A stretch of DNA of 64,000 nt from the NCBI GenBank assembly GCA_031459625.1, contig JAVKIH010000010.1, positions 1-64,000 of the forward strand, in the 5' to 3' direction. The position numbers were made by a program, and so were the translations under genes. Source of the stretch: Candidatus Geohabitans tengchongensis. GTDB lineage: Bacteria; Sysuimicrobiota; Sysuimicrobiia; Sysuimicrobiales; Humicultoraceae. Shown here piece after piece: positions 1-11,334 of this stretch. Each line of letters starts with the position of its first letter. Positions within the stretch are counted from its first letter, which is position 1. The notes under the pieces were generated by a model. It searched no databases. It saw only the letters and a list, made by a program, of their open reading frames with translations, and was not told the origin of the DNA.

Positions 1-561
1 GGCTGCGGGCCGCGGTGCAGGAGGTCTTCGGGGCAGCGGCCCAGGTCCAGCGGTGCCAGTGGCATAAGCGAGAGAACGTGGTGGCCTATCTGCCCAAGGG
101 CCAGCAGGCAACCTGGCGGGCCAAACGGCAACGGGCGTACGAGCAGCCGACCTATGCGGAGGCGAAGGCGCAACTGATGGCTCTCCAGCGGAACCTGCAG
201 GGGATCAACGCCAGCGCGGCGCGGAGCCTGGCCGAAGGGCTGGAGGAGACGCTCACGCTGCATCGGCTGGGACTCTTTGAGGAGCTGGGGCAAAGCCTGA
301 AGAGCACCAACATGCTGGAATCCATCCTGGCGCAAGTGGAGCAGCGGACCGGCAAAGTGGACTACTGGAAAACCAGCGACCAGAAGCAGCGCTGGCTGGC
401 GACCGCGCTCCTGGATATTGAGCCTCGACTGCGTCGGATGCGCGGGTATCGGGCGCTACCGAAACTCCGGCGAGCCCTACAGCAAGCCATGGGGAGGGAG
501 GTGACAGCGGCGTGATCATGCCGGCGCCTTCCCGAATCTCAACGAACTTTGGTATTGACTC
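1..561 (+). mobile_element. IS256-family insertion sequence, right portion (left end outside window)
   Basis: Contains the transposase C-terminus. The sequence ...AACTTTGGTATTGACTC ends at 561 (reverse complement begins GAGTCAATACC, like an IS256 terminal inverted repeat) and abuts a truncated CRISPR repeat. Confidence 0.8.
3..515 (+). CDS. IS256-family (Mutator-like) transposase, 5'-partial
   Basis: LRAAVQEVFG..VQRCQWHKRENV and LKSTNMLES motifs typical of IS256 DDE transposases; frame is open from the window start. Confidence 0.9.
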   Translation: MRAAVQEVFGAAAQVQRCQWHKRENVVAYLPKGQQATWRAKRQRAYEQPTYAEAKAQLMALQRNLQGINASAARSLAEGLEETLTLHRLGLFEELGQSLKSTNMLESILAQVEQRTGKVDYWKTSDQKQRWLATALLDIEPRLRRMRGYRALPKLRRALQQAMGREVTAA

Positions 562-1020
562 GACGGCGGCCCCATTGAAGCACTGCATCCTGCCGAGCCT
601 TACGGAAGCGCTCCCTAATTTCCGCCGTTGAGAGACGGCGGCCCCATTGAAGCTCCCGCCGATCGTTGGGGTCACGAAAATCTCAGACGGATTTCCGCCG
701 TTGAGAGACGGCGGCCCCATTGAAGCCACCTCAAGGGGTCTTCCTGAGCAGCAGGATGCATATTTCCGCCGTTGAGAGACGGCGGCCCCATTGAAGCGCC
801 TTCAAGGCCGCGAATCGTCCGCCCTCGCCAAGAGGATTTCCGCCGTTGAGAGACAGCGGCCCCATTGAAGCGTCTACGACGGGCGTTGGGCGTGCCGCGA
901 CTGCTTCGTGATTTCCGCCGTTGAGAGACGGCGACCCCATTGAAGTGGATGGGCGTGGCACAGCTTGAAGCTCTCACCAATTTCATTTCCGGCGTTAAGA
1001 GACGGCGGCCTTATCGAAGC
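562..1020 (+). CRISPR. CRISPR array, 36-bp repeat ATTTCCGCCGTTGAGAGACGGCGGCCCCATTGAAGC (type I-G/I-U-like), 6 spacers of 35-39 bp
   Basis: Repeats at 562-581 (3' part only), 618-653, 691-726, 762-797, 836-871 (1 mismatch), 911-946 (2 mismatches) and 985-1020 (degenerate). Internal hairpin CCGCCGT/ACGGCGG and 3' ATTGAAGC. Decay toward the right marks the trailer end. Confidence 0.97.
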
Positions 1021-1227
1021 AGGCTCAGAGGGCCAGGAGGGGACGCTGGGAGGGCATGGAGCAAGGGCATGGAGGTTTCTGTCGCTGAGGGAATGGCGAC
1101 TGCCGTTGAGGACTCTGTGATGCGTGCCGATGCACAAATCGGGTTCAGCGTGAGATCGGCCCTTGGAGGTGACTATGGAAGTCCCTGTGAGGGCAAGAGG
1201 AGCATGGACAACGGCGTGTAGGAGTCC

Positions 1228-2619
1228 ATGGAGGCTGTTCGGTTCAGCATGGCTTCAATCGTCGCCTTCTCCCTCGGGCTCCTCCTGGGCGGACTGGTCT
1301 GCGCGGCTGTGGCTGTCCTGCTCCTCGGCCAGCTCAAGGACGCGCGGCGACAGGTCGAACGGCTGGAACGGGATGTGCGTGAGGTCACCGAGGCGAAGGC
1401 CCGGGCCGAGCAGGAGGCGCGTCGCGTCCCGGATCTCGTCGCCGAGCTGGCGACCGTCCGGCGACGGGCCGAGGAGCTGCACACGCAGCTGGCGGAGAAC
1501 GCTGCGCGGCTGGAGGCCGCTCAGCAGGCGGCCGAGTGGCGGGCGCAGGTCCAGCAACACCTTGAAGCCGTCTTCAAAGCCCTGGCTGCCGACCTCCTCC
1601 AGGTCAATGCGCAGCAGTTCCTCGGACAGGCGAGCGCCCAGATCGCCCAGGTGGTCGACCCGCTGAAGTCGACCCTCGGTGCCCTCGAGCAGCAGGTCCG
1701 CCACCTGGAAACGCAGCGGGAGGGCGCCTACCAGGGGCTGCGGAGCCAGCTGGAGATCCTGCAGAGCACGACGTCCACACTGGCGCAGGCGTTGAAGTCG
1801 GCGTCGGCGCGGGGCCAGTGGGGAGAGGTCCAGCTCCGGCGGCTCGTGGAGCTGGCCGGCATGGTGGAGCACGTCGACTTTGTCGAACAGCACCACACCG
1901 GTGAGGCGCGCCCCGACCTGATCGTCCACCTGCCCAGGGGCGGGGTGCTGGCGGTGGACGCCAAGACCCCGATGCAGGCCTTCCTGGAGGCGATGGAGTC
2001 CCAGGACGAGGGGGTGCGGGCCGCCCGGCTCGCGGCCCACGCCCGCGCCCTGCGCCAGCACGTCCAGCACCTGGCCGGCAAGCGCTACTGGGAGCAGTTC
2101 GAGCGCACCCCGGAGGCCGTCGTCCTCTTCATCCCCAACGACGGCTGTCTCGCCGCCGCCTTCGAGCGGGATCCCAGCCTGCTGGAGGATGCGTTGCGCC
2201 AGCGAGTGCTGCTGGCCACGCCCGTCACCCTCCTGGCCCTCCTCAAGGCCGTGGCCTACGGATGGCAGCAACACGAGGTGGCCGAGCACGCTCGGGAGAT
2301 CGCCGAGCACGGCCGCCACCTCTACGCGCGCCTGGCGGACTTCCTGGAGCGGCTGGCGATGGCGGGCCGACGCCTGGACTCGGCGGTGAAGTACTACAAC
2401 GAAGCCGTGGGGTCCCTGGAGCGCAAGGTCCTGCCCTCCGCCCGGCGCCTGAAGGAGCTGGGGCTGGGGAGCGAGGACCTACAGGCGCCGCCGGGGATCG
2501 AGCGCACCGCTCGGGGTACCGCCCCCGAGGCTCCGGAAGCACCATCCCTGCCCATTGCGGCCTCCGAGGTGGCTCCAGCGCCGGAGTCGGGCCGCGACGG
2601 GCCCGCGCACCAGCGATAA
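1228..2619 (+). CDS. rmuC: DNA recombination protein RmuC family
   Basis: N-terminal TM helix, coiled coil, RGQWGEVQLRRLVELAGM, RPDLIVHLP..VDAKTP and ATPVTLLALLKAVAYGWQQ motifs. Confidence 0.92.
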   Translation: MEAVRFSMASIVAFSLGLLLGGLVCAAVAVLLLGQLKDARRQVERLERDVREVTEAKARAEQEARRVPDLVAELATVRRRAEELHTQLAENAARLEAAQQAAEWRAQVQQHLEAVFKALAADLLQVNAQQFLGQASAQIAQVVDPLKSTLGALEQQVRHLETQREGAYQGLRSQLEILQSTTSTLAQALKSASARGQWGEVQLRRLVELAGMVEHVDFVEQHHTGEARPDLIVHLPRGGVLAVDAKTPMQAFLEAMESQDEGVRAARLAAHARALRQHVQHLAGKRYWEQFERTPEAVVLFIPNDGCLAAAFERDPSLLEDALRQRVLLATPVTLLALLKAVAYGWQQHEVAEHAREIAEHGRHLYARLADFLERLAMAGRRLDSAVKYYNEAVGSLERKVLPSARRLKELGLGSEDLQAPPGIERTARGTAPEAPEAPSLPIAASEVAPAPESGRDGPAHQR

Positions 2620-2705
2620 GGGGGCTTCGAAGACCCCGTCCGACCACCACCGCCGCGGCGAGCGGCCGGGCTTCACCCCGGGCGGATGCTAGGATAGTCT
2701 TCGGC

Positions 2706-3560
2706 ATGGGGGTGAAGGAGCGTCACGCCCGGGCGAAGCCGCTGCCGGCCGACCTGTCGCAGCGGTTGGACGCCCTTCCCGAGCTTCTGGCCCGCCACCC
2801 CATCCGCGCGGCCTACCTGTTCGGATCCCTCCAGGATGAGGAGGCCACGCCCGCCGACGTCGACCTGGCGGTGCTGCCGGACAGGGGCTACACATACGCT
2901 GCCCTGTACGCCGACCTCTCGACCCTGCTGGGGACGGATTGCCTGGACGTGGTGGACCTGCGCGTGGCGCCCCCGCCGCTCCAGTGGGCGGCGATCCGGG
3001 GCCGGCGGATCTTCGCCCGCTCCGAAGCCGACGCTGAGGCCTTCGAGGCTCGCGTCCGCAGGGTGTATCGGGACGATCGACTGCGCTGGCATCGCCGTGT
3101 CTCAGATCTCGGGAGGAGCCCTCCGATGCCGGTTCGGCGTGACCTCGTGGCTCGTCTACTCGGTGAGCTGGAGCGTACCGCCCAGGAACTGGAGAAGTAT
3201 CGGCAGGTCGACGGTTCGCACCTGCGGGCCGACCTCAGCCTGCGCTGGACGGTCGAACGCGGGCTCCTGGCGGGACTCACGACCCTCTTCCAGATCGCGG
3301 AGCACATCCTGGCGGCGCACTTCCGCCGCGTTCCGGAGACCGACGAAGGCCTGCTTGTCGACCTGCGGGACCTGGGGGTCCTCCCCGATGTCCTCTACCA
3401 GGAGCTCCGTGGAGCAGGCGGATTCCGCAACGTCCTCGTGCACCAGTACGTGACCATCGACCTCGACGAAGTCGCAGGAGCCGTCCGGCGCGCTCCGACC
3501 ATCCTCCGCCGGTTCGCGCAGGCGATCTCCTCCTGGCTGGCCAGCCAGCCCGACGCATGA
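2706..3560 (+). CDS. Fused minimal nucleotidyltransferase (MntA-like) and HEPN/DUF86 RNase (HepT-like)
   Basis: YLFGS..DVDLAV nucleotidyltransferase motif, then in the same frame a DUF86 domain with GFRNVLVHQY (RX4HXY). Internal ATG at 3126 preceded by GGAGGAG. Confidence 0.88.
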   Translation: MGVKERHARAKPLPADLSQRLDALPELLARHPIRAAYLFGSLQDEEATPADVDLAVLPDRGYTYAALYADLSTLLGTDCLDVVDLRVAPPPLQWAAIRGRRIFARSEADAEAFEARVRRVYRDDRLRWHRRVSDLGRSPPMPVRRDLVARLLGELERTAQELEKYRQVDGSHLRADLSLRWTVERGLLAGLTTLFQIAEHILAAHFRRVPETDEGLLVDLRDLGVLPDVLYQELRGAGGFRNVLVHQYVTIDLDEVAGAVRRAPTILRRFAQAISSWLASQPDA

Positions 3561-3706
3561 GGGGGGGCGCAGAGGCGGTGCGGGAGGAGCCCCTTCACCC
3601 TCCTGCGCGACCCTCGATCCAGGGCTCGTACTCTCCGAGCGGACCTAACCCTGTCACCGTCCCCGAAAGCCAACGCTCGCTGGCCGATAGTACACTCGAG
3701 GCGGAG

Positions 3707-4264
3707 GTGACGCCCGTGGGCGTCCAGCTCAAGCGGTGGACCCGTGAGGAGTATCGCCGGCTCGCCGAGTACGGGGTGCTGGGCGAGGACGACCATGTCC
3801 AGCTCGTCGATGGAGCGATCGTGCAGATGCCGCCCCAGAGCCCCCTGCACAGCGGCACGGTCCACCTCGTTGCCGAGGCCGTGCGCGACGCCTGTCCGTC
3901 CGGGTACACTGTGCGGACCCGGCTGCCGCTGGCGCTGTCGCCCTGGTCCGAGCCGGAGCCGGATGTGGCCGTCGTGCCGGGCGACCCGCGAGCCTACCTG
4001 GCCGAGCACCCCACCTCGGCCGTCCTGGTCGTCGAAGTCGCCGTGGCCACGGGAGCCTACGACCGCGAGCGCAAGGCCACGGTGTATGCGAGGGCGGGAG
4101 TGCCCGAGTACTGGGTCGTCGATCCGACCGCCGGCGTGGTGGAGGTCTTCCGGGACCCGACGCCCGAGGGGTACGCCGCGGTGCGCCGTCTGGGCCGGCA
4201 GGACGCCATCGCGCCTCTGCTGGCACCAGACCGCCCGGTGGCGGTCCGCGACCTCCTGCCGTAG
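3707..4264 (+). CDS. Uma2 (DUF820) family PD-(D/E)XK endonuclease; start uncertain (frame open from 3557)
   Basis: RWTREEYRRL, EPEPDVAVV, LVVEVA and KATVYARAGVPEYWVVD motifs. Confidence 0.9.
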   Translation: MTPVGVQLKRWTREEYRRLAEYGVLGEDDHVQLVDGAIVQMPPQSPLHSGTVHLVAEAVRDACPSGYTVRTRLPLALSPWSEPEPDVAVVPGDPRAYLAEHPTSAVLVVEVAVATGAYDRERKATVYARAGVPEYWVVDPTAGVVEVFRDPTPEGYAAVRRLGRQDAIAPLLAPDRPVAVRDLLP

Positions 4265-4289
4265 CGGCCTGGGCCGCCTACCGCCCTCC

Positions 4290-5096
4290 TCACACCACCC
4301 CGTGGCGCTCCCAGAACCGGAAGGCCGCCGCGAGGAAAGTGTCCGTGGCCTCGCGGATGACGTCGTGCCCCACCCCCGGGACCAGGACCAGCTCGGCGTG
4401 CGGCATCCAGGCGGCCATCTCCCGGGTCTGGGCGATGGGCGTGATGCGGTCGCGCTCCCCCGCCACGAGCAGCGTGGGCTGGGCGATGGCCGCCAGCGCC
4501 TCCCGGGTGAAGTCGGGGCGGTGGCGGTCCTCCTCCGCCCAGCAGCGCAGCAGGTCGCGCAGCCGCTCCTCCGAGCCGTGCAGCCGCGCCAGCGCCCGCC
4601 ACCACAGGGGCCGCGTCGTGCGCATCCGCTCCGCGTCCCAGAACGCCGCCCCGCGCGTGGGCAGGTCGCGCACGGTGTAGTGGCTGCCGACCAGCACCTG
4701 GGTGGCGACGCGCGCCGGGTGGCGCGTCACCAGGTACAGCGCCGCCGAGGCCCCACCGCTGAAGGCGAGCACGTGCGCCCGGTCGACCCCCAGGTGGTCC
4801 AGCAGCGCCGCGGCGTCGTCGGCCAGCTCGCGCAGGTCGAGGCGGTCGAGGGGGTTGGTGCTGGCGCCGTGGCCGCGCAGGTCCGGGCCGATCAGGTGGA
4901 AACGCGCGGCCAGCGGCGGCAGGACCGGCTCGAAGGCGGCGCGGAAGGTGGCGCAGGCGTTGTGCAGGAGGAGGAGCGGCGGCCGGCCCGGGTCGCCGAG
5001 GCGCTGGTAGGCCAGGCGGGCGCCGTCGCGCTCGATGACGCCTCCCGGACCCGGGCCGGGGGGGCCGCCGGTGACGGGGGAGGGCTCGCCGCCTAC
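4290..5096 (-). CDS. Alpha/beta-fold hydrolase; no canonical start codon found
   Basis: PDLRGHGAS, nucleophile elbow AFSGG, PTLLVAGERD and GVGH motifs. Start placed at the overlap with the upstream stop codon. Confidence 0.8.
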   Translation of the reverse strand, partial: VGGEPSPVTGGPPGPGPGGVIERDGARLAYQRLGDPGRPPLLLLHNACATFRAAFEPVLPPLAARFHLIGPDLRGHGASTNPLDRLDLRELADDAAALLDHLGVDRAHVLAFSGGASAALYLVTRHPARVATQVLVGSHYTVRDLPTRGAAFWDAERMRTTRPLWWRALARLHGSEERLRDLLRCWAEEDRHRPDFTREALAAIAQPTLLVAGERDRITPIAQTREMAAWMPHAELVLVPGVGHDVIREATDTFLAAAFRFWERHGVV

Positions 5097-6337
5097 GGCC
5101 GCACCAGCCGCCAGGTCCCTCCCTGGATGCGCACGATCACCGCCGCCCGCTTGTCCAGCCCGAGGTGGTCCTTGGGGGAGAAGTTGAAGACGCCGGTGAT
5201 CCCCACGAGCTCCTTGGTGCCGCGCTCGATCTGGTCGCGCAGCGTGGCCCGGAAGCCGCCCACGTTCTCCGGGCGCACCCCCTGCCGCAGCACCCGCTCG
5301 ATGGCCGGCTTGAGGATGAGCATGGCGTCCAGCGCGTGCCCGCCGAAGGTGTTGCGCGTGCCCGGACCGAAGCGCCCCTCGTACCGGCGGATGTACTCCA
5401 GCAGCACCGGCTTCTGCTTGTTGGTGTCGGGCAGTTCTTCCGCCACCAGCAGCGGGCCGACGGCCAGGACGACGCCCTCCACGGTGGGGCCGCCCAGGTC
5501 GAGGAAGGTCTTGTTGGCCACCCCGTGGCTGTGGTAGATCGGCTGGCGCAGGTTGAGGTCGCGGATGTTCTTCGTGGCCACGTTGGCCCCGGGCGGGATG
5601 GCCCAGATGAGGAAGGCGTCGGGGTTGCGCCCGGCGGCCCGGGTGATCTGGCTGGTCACGTCGGTGGCGGTGCGGGCGAAGGACTCCTTGGCCACGATCT
5701 CGATGCGCTTCTGGGGGGCGATCTTCTCGAACTCCTGCAGCCCCACCTGGCCGAAGGCGTCGTCGAAGCCCAGCCAGGCGATGCGCCGGTGCCCCACCCG
5801 GGCCATGTAGTCGCCCAGCACGTCCAGGATCAGGCGGTCGGTCTGGGGCGTCTTGAAGACCCACCGGCGCTGCTCCACCGGCTCGATGATGGTCACCGCA
5901 GCGGCCAGCGAGATGGTGGGGACGCGGGCGCGCTGGACGGTGTCGATGATGGCCAGGCTGGCCGGGCTGGTGGTGCAGCACACCACCGCCGCCACGCGCT
6001 CCTCCTCGATGAAGCGCTTGGTGGCGATGACGGCCTTGGTGGGGTCGCTCTCCCCGTCGGTCACGAGGTACTGGATGCGCACCTCTCCCTGGGGGCCGCG
6101 GGCAGTGCCGAGCTCCGCCTCGTAGAGCTGGACGGTGTTGCGCTCGGGGACGCCCAGCGAGGAGGCGGGTCCGGTGATGTCCACGACGAAACCGATCTTC
6201 ACCGTGGCCGGCTGCGCCGCGCCCGGCGGGGTCAGGCCGACGAGCAGCGCGAGGGCGGCCAGCAGGGCCAGGCCGGCCGGCCGCGGGCGCAGGGTGGGGC
6301 GCAGCGAGCGCACGCGGGTCAGGGCGAACGGTCGCAT
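5093..6337 (-). CDS. LIV-type ABC substrate-binding protein, likely aromatic-acid binding
   Basis: Signal peptide; ITGPASSLGVPE, DGESDPTKA and WVFKTPQ motifs; divergent from the hpa genes. Confidence 0.88.
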   Translation of the reverse strand: MRPFALTRVRSLRPTLRPRPAGLALLAALALLVGLTPPGAAQPATVKIGFVVDITGPASSLGVPERNTVQLYEAELGTARGPQGEVRIQYLVTDGESDPTKAVIATKRFIEEERVAAVVCCTTSPASLAIIDTVQRARVPTISLAAAVTIIEPVEQRRWVFKTPQTDRLILDVLGDYMARVGHRRIAWLGFDDAFGQVGLQEFEKIAPQKRIEIVAKESFARTATDVTSQITRAAGRNPDAFLIWAIPPGANVATKNIRDLNLRQPIYHSHGVANKTFLDLGGPTVEGVVLAVGPLLVAEELPDTNKQKPVLLEYIRRYEGRFGPGTRNTFGGHALDAMLILKPAIERVLRQGVRPENVGGFRATLRDQIERGTKELVGITGVFNFSPKDHLGLDKRAAVIVRIQGGTWRLVRP

Positions 6338-6403
6338 ATCCCTTCACCCCCGTGGATGGGATCGCAGGTCTGTCCTCACGTGGATCGTGGAGAGGGATTC
6401 GTC

Positions 6404-6477
6404 GGGCGGCCGCCGCCGCCCTGCGCCCGGGACCGGTCCTCCACCCCGCGTGCCTCTCCCGGCTGCGGCGGCCGCCC
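6404..6477. repeat. 13-bp inverted repeat forming an intergenic stem-loop
   Basis: GGGCGGCCGCCGC (6404-6416) and GCGGCGGCCGCCC (6465-6477) between livF and the binding-protein gene. Confidence 0.6.
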
Positions 6478-6478
6478 C

Positions 6479-7239
6479 TCAGGCCACGTGCCCGCCCAGG
6501 TAGGCGGCCCGCACGCGGGGGTCCTCCGCCAGCGCGGCGGCGGGCCCCTCCAGCACCATCCGGCCGCCCTCCATGACGTAGGCGCGGTGGGCCACCTCGA
6601 GCGCGGCGCGGGCGTTCTGCTCGACCAGCAGCAGGGCCAGCCCCCGGTCGACGAGGCTGCGCAGCACGCGCAGGATCTCGCGGATGACCAGCGGCGCCAG
6701 TCCGAGCAGCGGTTCGTCCATGAGCAGGACCCGCGGGCGGCCCATCAGGCCGCGGCCCACCGCCACCATCTGCTGCATGCCCCCGGAGAGGGCCCGGGCC
6801 GGCGCGCGCTGCCGGTCGCGCAGCACCGGGAAGAGGCGCAGCACCTCCTCCAGGTCCCCGGCGATGGCCACCGGGTCCCGGCGGGCCCGGTGGTAGGCGC
6901 CCAGCAGCAGGTTGTCGCGCACCGAGAGCGTCGTGAAGAGCTGCCGCCGCTCCGGCACCAACACCATGCCGCGGGCCACCAGGGCCTCCGGCGGCAGCCC
7001 CAGCACGGGCCGGCCGTCCAGCTCCACCCGGCCCCGCGCCTGCACGAGTCCCGTGAGGGCGTGCAGCAGGGTGGTCTTCCCCGCGCCGTTGGGGCCGATG
7101 ATGGCCACGCACTCCCCGGGGTGCACCGCCAGCGCCACCCCGCGCAGCGCGTGGACCGGCCCGTACCAGGCGTGGAGCTCCGCGACGGTCAGCAGCGGGG
7201 TCGCCATCGTCGGCTCTCCGCCGGCCGGCGGGGTGGCGG

Positions 7240-7243
<4 letters not shown>
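6479..7243 (-). CDS. livF: LIV-type ABC ATP-binding protein (LivF-like); alternative start 7207
   Basis: GPNGAGKTT, LSGGMQQ and LLMDEP..GLAP motifs. Confidence 0.9.
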
Positions 7244-9182
<1,939 letters not shown>

Positions 9183-9186
<4 letters not shown>

Positions 9187-10079
9187 TCCTGGGCCGCCTC
9201 CTCGCCGATGAGGACCCCCTCGCGCAGGGCCGCCAGGGCCCGCGCCAGCAGGACGGCGATGAGCACCCCGAAGGCGATGGCGTCGCGGTAGTTGGAGGAG
9301 ATGAGCCCGGCCCCCAGCGACTCCACCACGCCGAAGGCCAGCGTGGCCACCACGGTCAGCGGGTAGGAGGTCATGCCGGCCACCACCGCCCCGACGAAGC
9401 CCTTGAGCCCGAGGATGAGCCCCATGTCGTAGGTGGCCAGCGTCAGTGGCGTGATGAGCACCCCGGCCAGGCCGCCGAGCCCCCCGGCGATGGCGAAGGC
9501 CAGCGTGCCCATGCGGTCGACGCTGATGCCGGCCAGGCGCGCGGCGGTGGGGTTCACCGCGCAGGCCCGCAGCGACTTGCCGCGCAGCGTCCGGCTGAAG
9601 AAGAGGTAGGCGGCGGCCAGGATGACCGCCACCGCGCCCAGCACCCACAGCGCCTGGCGCGTCACGACGGCGCCCGCCACCCGCACCGGCGGGCCGGTGA
9701 CGAAGGGGGGCAGGCTGTAGGGGTTGGTGCCCCACAGCAGCAGCAGGAGGCCGCGCAGCGTCAGGTGGGCGGCGATGGTGACGATGAGCAGGGTGAGGGC
9801 GCTGGCGCCGCGCACGGGGCGGATGGCCACCAGGTGCATCCCGGCGCCGAGCGCGGTGGCGGCGGCCACGGCCAGCAGGAGCGCGGCCCACAGCGGGACG
9901 CCGGCCCCGACCGCGCTCGCGGCCAGCAGCGCCCCGAAGGCGGCGAACTCCCCCTGGGCCACGTTCACCACGCGGGTGACGCTGGCGATGACCACGAGAC
10001 CGAGCCCCAGCAGGGCGTAGATGGCCCCGTTCACCAGGCCGCTGGCGATGAACTGGGCGATCTGCTGCTCCAGAGTCAT
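9183..10079 (-). CDS. livH: LIV-type ABC permease (LivH-like)
   Basis: SGLVNGAIYALLGLG..VVNVAQGEF motif; many TM segments. Confidence 0.9.
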
Positions 10080-10179
10080 GGGCCCGCGGGGGATGTTCCG
10101 TCGGCCACCGGCGAATTCCTGGGGGCAGGCGGTCTGCGGGGCGAACCGCCGGGCAGCCCACGGGCCGCCGCGCGCCCGT

Positions 10180-10311
10180 CAGTGGGCCAGGGCAGCCCTC
10201 GAGGAAGGCCTCCGCCTGCTCCTGGCCAGCCCCAGCCTGGTCGTGCTGATCCTGACGGAGGACCGGGACTTCTGCCGCTTCCGCGGCCTCCCCGTGGCGC
10301 ACCTGACCTGA
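10180..10311 (+). pseudogene. Possible PIN/VapC toxin gene remnant
   Basis: LLLASPSLVVL-ILTEDRDFCRFRGL resembles the middle and C-terminal motifs of VapC-type PIN domains joined by a deletion. Confidence 0.4.
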
Positions 10312-10400
10312 GCGGCGGGCTATACTACGGGTGAGCCGGTCATGAGCGCCCGCCGCGGGCACCGGCCGGCAGGCGCCTGCGCGGGGCAGAGGAGGCGGCT

Positions 10401-11300
10401 GTGCTGCGAGGGTCCCTGGTCCCCCTGGTGACGCCCTTCCGGGACGGGCAGATCGACCACGCCGCGTTCGACGACCTCATCGAGTGGCAGATCGCCAGCG
10501 GCACCCACGGCCTGGTCATCGGCGGTACCACGGGGGAGCCGACCTCGCTCTCCCTGGAGGAGCGGGAGTTCCTCATCGAGCGCGCCGTCAGGCGGGTGCG
10601 CGGCCGGGTGCCGGTGATCGCCGGCACGGGGACGAACAACCTCGACGAGACGCTGCGCCTCACCGCCTTCGCCCGGCGGGCCGGCGCGGACGCGGTCCTC
10701 GTCGTCGTCCCCTCCTACGTGCGCCCCTCCCAGGAGGGGCTGTACCGCTACTTCTCCGCCGTCGCGGCCGCCGCCGACCTGCCCGTGATCCTCTACAACA
10801 TCCCCGGCCGCACCGCCATGAATTTGGACGTGGAGACGATGGCCCGGCTGGCCGACGCGCACCGGAACATCGTCGGGGTCAAGGAGGCCAACAAGGACTT
10901 CGAGCACATCACCCGGGTCTTCCACCGGCTGGGGTCGCGCCTGGCCGTCTACTCGGGGATCGAGCTCTTCTGCTTCCCCCTGCTGGCCCTGGGCGGCGCC
11001 GGGCACGTCAGCGCCACCGGCAACGTGCTGCCGCGCGAGGTGGCGCGCCTGTACGACCTGGCCGCGGCGGGGCGCTGGGAGGAGGCGCGCGAACTGCACA
11101 CCTACCTCGTGCCGATGAACGAGGCCCTCTTCCTGGAGACCAACCCGGTGCCGGCGAAGACGGCGCTGGGGCTCATGGGGCGCATCCGGCCGGAGGTGCG
11201 GCCGCCGCTGGCCCCGCTCGGGCCCGCCAGCGAGGCGCGGCTGCGCGCCGTGCTGGAACAGTACGGGCTGCTGGCGGCGGCCCCGGTGAGCGGCGGCTGA
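10401..11300 (+). CDS. hpaI: 2,4-dihydroxyhept-2-ene-1,7-dioate aldolase (DapA-fold HpaI)
   Basis: DHDPS fold (GGTTGE, YNIPGRT, GVKE) with KDFEH and SGIEL; first gene of the hpa operon. Confidence 0.82.
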   Translation: MLRGSLVPLVTPFRDGQIDHAAFDDLIEWQIASGTHGLVIGGTTGEPTSLSLEEREFLIERAVRRVRGRVPVIAGTGTNNLDETLRLTAFARRAGADAVLVVVPSYVRPSQEGLYRYFSAVAAAADLPVILYNIPGRTAMNLDVETMARLADAHRNIVGVKEANKDFEHITRVFHRLGSRLAVYSGIELFCFPLLALGGAGHVSATGNVLPREVARLYDLAAAGRWEEARELHTYLVPMNEALFLETNPVPAKTALGLMGRIRPEVRPPLAPLGPASEARLRAVLEQYGLLAAAPVSGG

Positions 11301-11334
11301 GGGGCGCCGGCGTGGCGGGGTAGCGGAGGGTCCG

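Noticed and set aside
1096..1115. GCCGTTGAG resembling a further CRISPR repeat
   Set aside because: Only about 9 nt match and it is out of phase with the roughly 73-bp period.
253..1221. ORFs across the CRISPR array
   Set aside because: They are translations of repeats and spacers.
10401..11300. dapA (lysine biosynthesis)
   Set aside because: Operon context and sequence fit the DapA-fold HpaI aldolase better.
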